Source: Octopus sinensis
Lineage: Eukaryota
Length of the DNA stretch: 64,000 bases
Assembly: GCF_006345805.1 (NCBI RefSeq)
Contig: NC_043004.1
Span: 14,446,001-14,510,000 of the forward strand
Reading direction: 5' to 3'
A program made the position numbers and the translations under genes. Position 1 is the first letter of the stretch; each line of letters begins with the position of its first letter. Of the stretch, positions 61,850 to 64,000 are shown piece after piece. The notes beneath the pieces were generated by a model. That model ran no database searches. It was not told where the DNA came from and saw nothing but the letters and a program-made list of their open reading frames with translations.

Positions 61850-64000
61850 AACACCTTCAAACCTACCTTACATTCGAACCGGAATCTCAACGCCCGAGTT
61901 TTCCATCTCAAGTTAATCTCTCTCATGGAGCTCATACAAAAAGGGCAAGTGTTTGGGCCCATACAATGTGGCATGTACACAATCGAGTGGCAAAAAAGGG
62001 GCCTCCCACATGCTCATATCCTGTTTTGGCTCTCAGCGAAAATCAATTACAATGACATTGACAACATACTCTCTGCAGAGCTTCCTGATCCAGCTTTAGA
62101 CAAAGAACTATACGAAATAGTTAAAGCAAACATGGTATATGGTCCATGTGGGTGTGGATTCAACATAAACTCACCATGCTTGAAGGACAGCATATGTTCA
62201 AAAAGATTTCCATGGAGGTTCTTACAAGAAACTCAGACAGGTGCTGATGGGTATCCATCATACAAACGCAGAAAACCAGAAGACGGAAGTTTCACAGCAA
62301 CTATCGGACAGCACGATATTGATAATAGATGGATTGTTCTATACTGTCCACTCCTGTCAAAGACTTTCAATGCCCACATCAACGTTGAGTTTTGCAACTC
62401 CGTTAAATCCATCAAGTGCGTTTGCAAATATGTAAACAAGGGTTCTGACGCTGCAATGTTTGGACGTCAACAAGAATACTGCCAGGATGAGGTGACACAT
62501 TATCAGGTGGGACGGTACATAAGTAGCAACGAGGCTTTCTGGCGCATTTTTGGCTTTCCAATTCACCAACGACACCCCGCCATTCAACAGCTTGCAGTGC
62601 ACCTGGAAAATGGTCAATGAGTGTACTTCACCGATGCTAATGCTTCTCTGTTGGCAGAGGGACCAAGGGATAGCACACTCACTGCATTCTTCAAGCTTTG
62701 TCAATTGGATCCATTCGCTCAAACGTTGCTGTATCCACATATTCCATCGTACTACACTTGGAATGGAAAAAAATGGGCCCCACGGAAAGCAGGTCAAAAT
62801 GTTCATGGATACCCTGGCATTAAGTTTCTCACTTGCCTTGGGCGAGTATACATAGTGCATCCCACTCAACAAGAGTGCTTCTACCTTCGTCTACTACTTT
62901 ATGAGATCAGAGGGCCAACGTCTTTCCAGGCCCTAAAAACCGTTGATGGACATGTCTACGCAACATACAGAGAAGCCTGCTATCGACAAGGTCTGTTAGA
63001 AGATGGTGCACAATGGGATGCAACTTTAGGAGAGGCTGCTATATGATAATCACCTAAAGGTCTCAGGGCACTGTTTGCAGTATTACTACAGGCATGCGAA
63101 CTGTGTGATCCGGCCACTCTATGGCTCAAATATAGAGACAACCTGGCTGAAGACTTTCAGCGCCAAGCTCAACAGCTCTATCCTGACATGGAGGGTATCA
63201 GCAATGAAATCTGTAACAAAACACTTATTGACATTGAAGACAGAATTGCTAAACTGGGTGGAAATGATTTGTCGACGTATGGCCTGCCACAAGCATTCAG
63301 GTAAGGGTCAAATAGCCTTCCCACTGCTGTCATTCGTGAAACAACCTACGACACTCAAGCGCTTTCAAAGTACATTGTTGAAAATGAGCCTAAATTACTT
63401 CTAGACCAGCTGCAGGCCTACAGAACTATTCTTAACAGTGTACTCCAACGCGAGGGACAAATCTTCTTCCTCGATGCTCCTGGAGAGACAGGAAAACATT
63501 TATTACAAAGCTTCTCCTTGCAGAAGTTAGGCAGCATCAGGACATTGCAGTAGCTGTAGCCTGCTCTAGCATTGCAGCTACTTTGTTACCCGGTGGCAGG
63601 ACAGCACACTCAACTTTTAAACTCCCTCTCAATTTAGCAGCATCCGAAATGCCTTCATGCAACATCAACGAAAACTCAGATCAGGGACAAGTACTTAAAA
63701 TGTGTCATCTAATTGTCTGGGATGAGTGCACTATGGCTCACAAGGGAGCTTTGGAAGCATTGGATAGAGCCCTGAAAAACATCCGAGACTGTCAGGCTCC
63801 AATGGGAGGTGTAACACTTCTGTTGTCAGGTGATTTCAGGCAAACTCTTCCTGTCATTCCGAAAGGCACTAGAGTAGATGAAGTCCAAGCATGCCTAAAG
63901 TCCTCTACCCTGTGGCATCATGTTACAATCCTCAGTCTCACCACTAACATGAGAGCTCAGCTACACGGCGACAAAATATCCACAAAGTTTGCACAGGACA
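61850..64000 (+). pseudogene. Helitron Rep/PIF1-helicase (RepHel), disrupted, N- and C-terminally incomplete here
   Basis: ARVFHLKL; YTIEWQKRGLPHAHIL (HUH); KCVCKYVNKGSD; RYISSNEAFWRIF; FFLDAPGETGK; AATLLPGGRTAHSTFKLPL; IVWDECTM; GDFRQTLPVIP; LTTNMRA. Stops at 62618, 63044-49 and ~63301, and a frameshift after Walker A. Confidence 0.95.

Larger units (their letters stand above)
60619..64000 (+). mobile_element. Helitron, probable 5' end at 60619, continuing past the window
   Basis: A|TCTCTCTATATATATAACTGAGAATGTGTGTCTGTCTG 5'-terminus style, with RepHel sequence downstream. Linking the two is inference. Confidence 0.65.

Overview
AT-rich, microsatellite-dense animal DNA. It is most likely an octopus or other cephalopod genome, inferred from the tRNA-derived SINE families and the repeat landscape. 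I could not support any host protein-coding gene, rRNA, true tRNA or CRISPR array, so the window looks intergenic or intronic and is built almost entirely from mobile elements. The centrepiece is an ~8 kb Penelope-like element (PLE, 29077-37059, +) with a coiled-coil/low-complexity ORF1, RT (YLDD) and GIY-YIG endonuclease. It is flanked by two ~2.1 kb direct repeats (pseudo-LTRs) made mostly of cryptic microsatellite, and each ends in an identical hammerhead-ribozyme-like fold with a covarying U3-A8 core. There is a U-UUU-UUA heptamer at the ORF1/ORF2 junction. Other PLE material: a solo pseudo-LTR with a canonical hammerhead and a perfect 65 bp inverted duplication (22.4-23.05 kb), a truncated PLE with an A6U hammerhead-like motif (23.1-25.4 kb, plus a solo copy at 21.4 kb), and a Naiad-like endonuclease remnant (3.7-4.2 kb). 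Also present: four RTE-type LINE remnants (one with twin-priming-like 5' inversion geometry), a CR1-like fragment, a complete but disrupted DD41D-type Tc1/mariner element, and Tc1, mariner and Tigger remnants and MITEs. A Helitron Rep/helicase pseudogene runs off the right edge. There are three tRNA-SINE families, including head-to-tail multimers with a fixed palindromic junction, and a 560 bp tandem/inverted (palindromic) array. Family names come from my recognition of motifs, not from database searches, and boundaries of degenerate elements are approximate.
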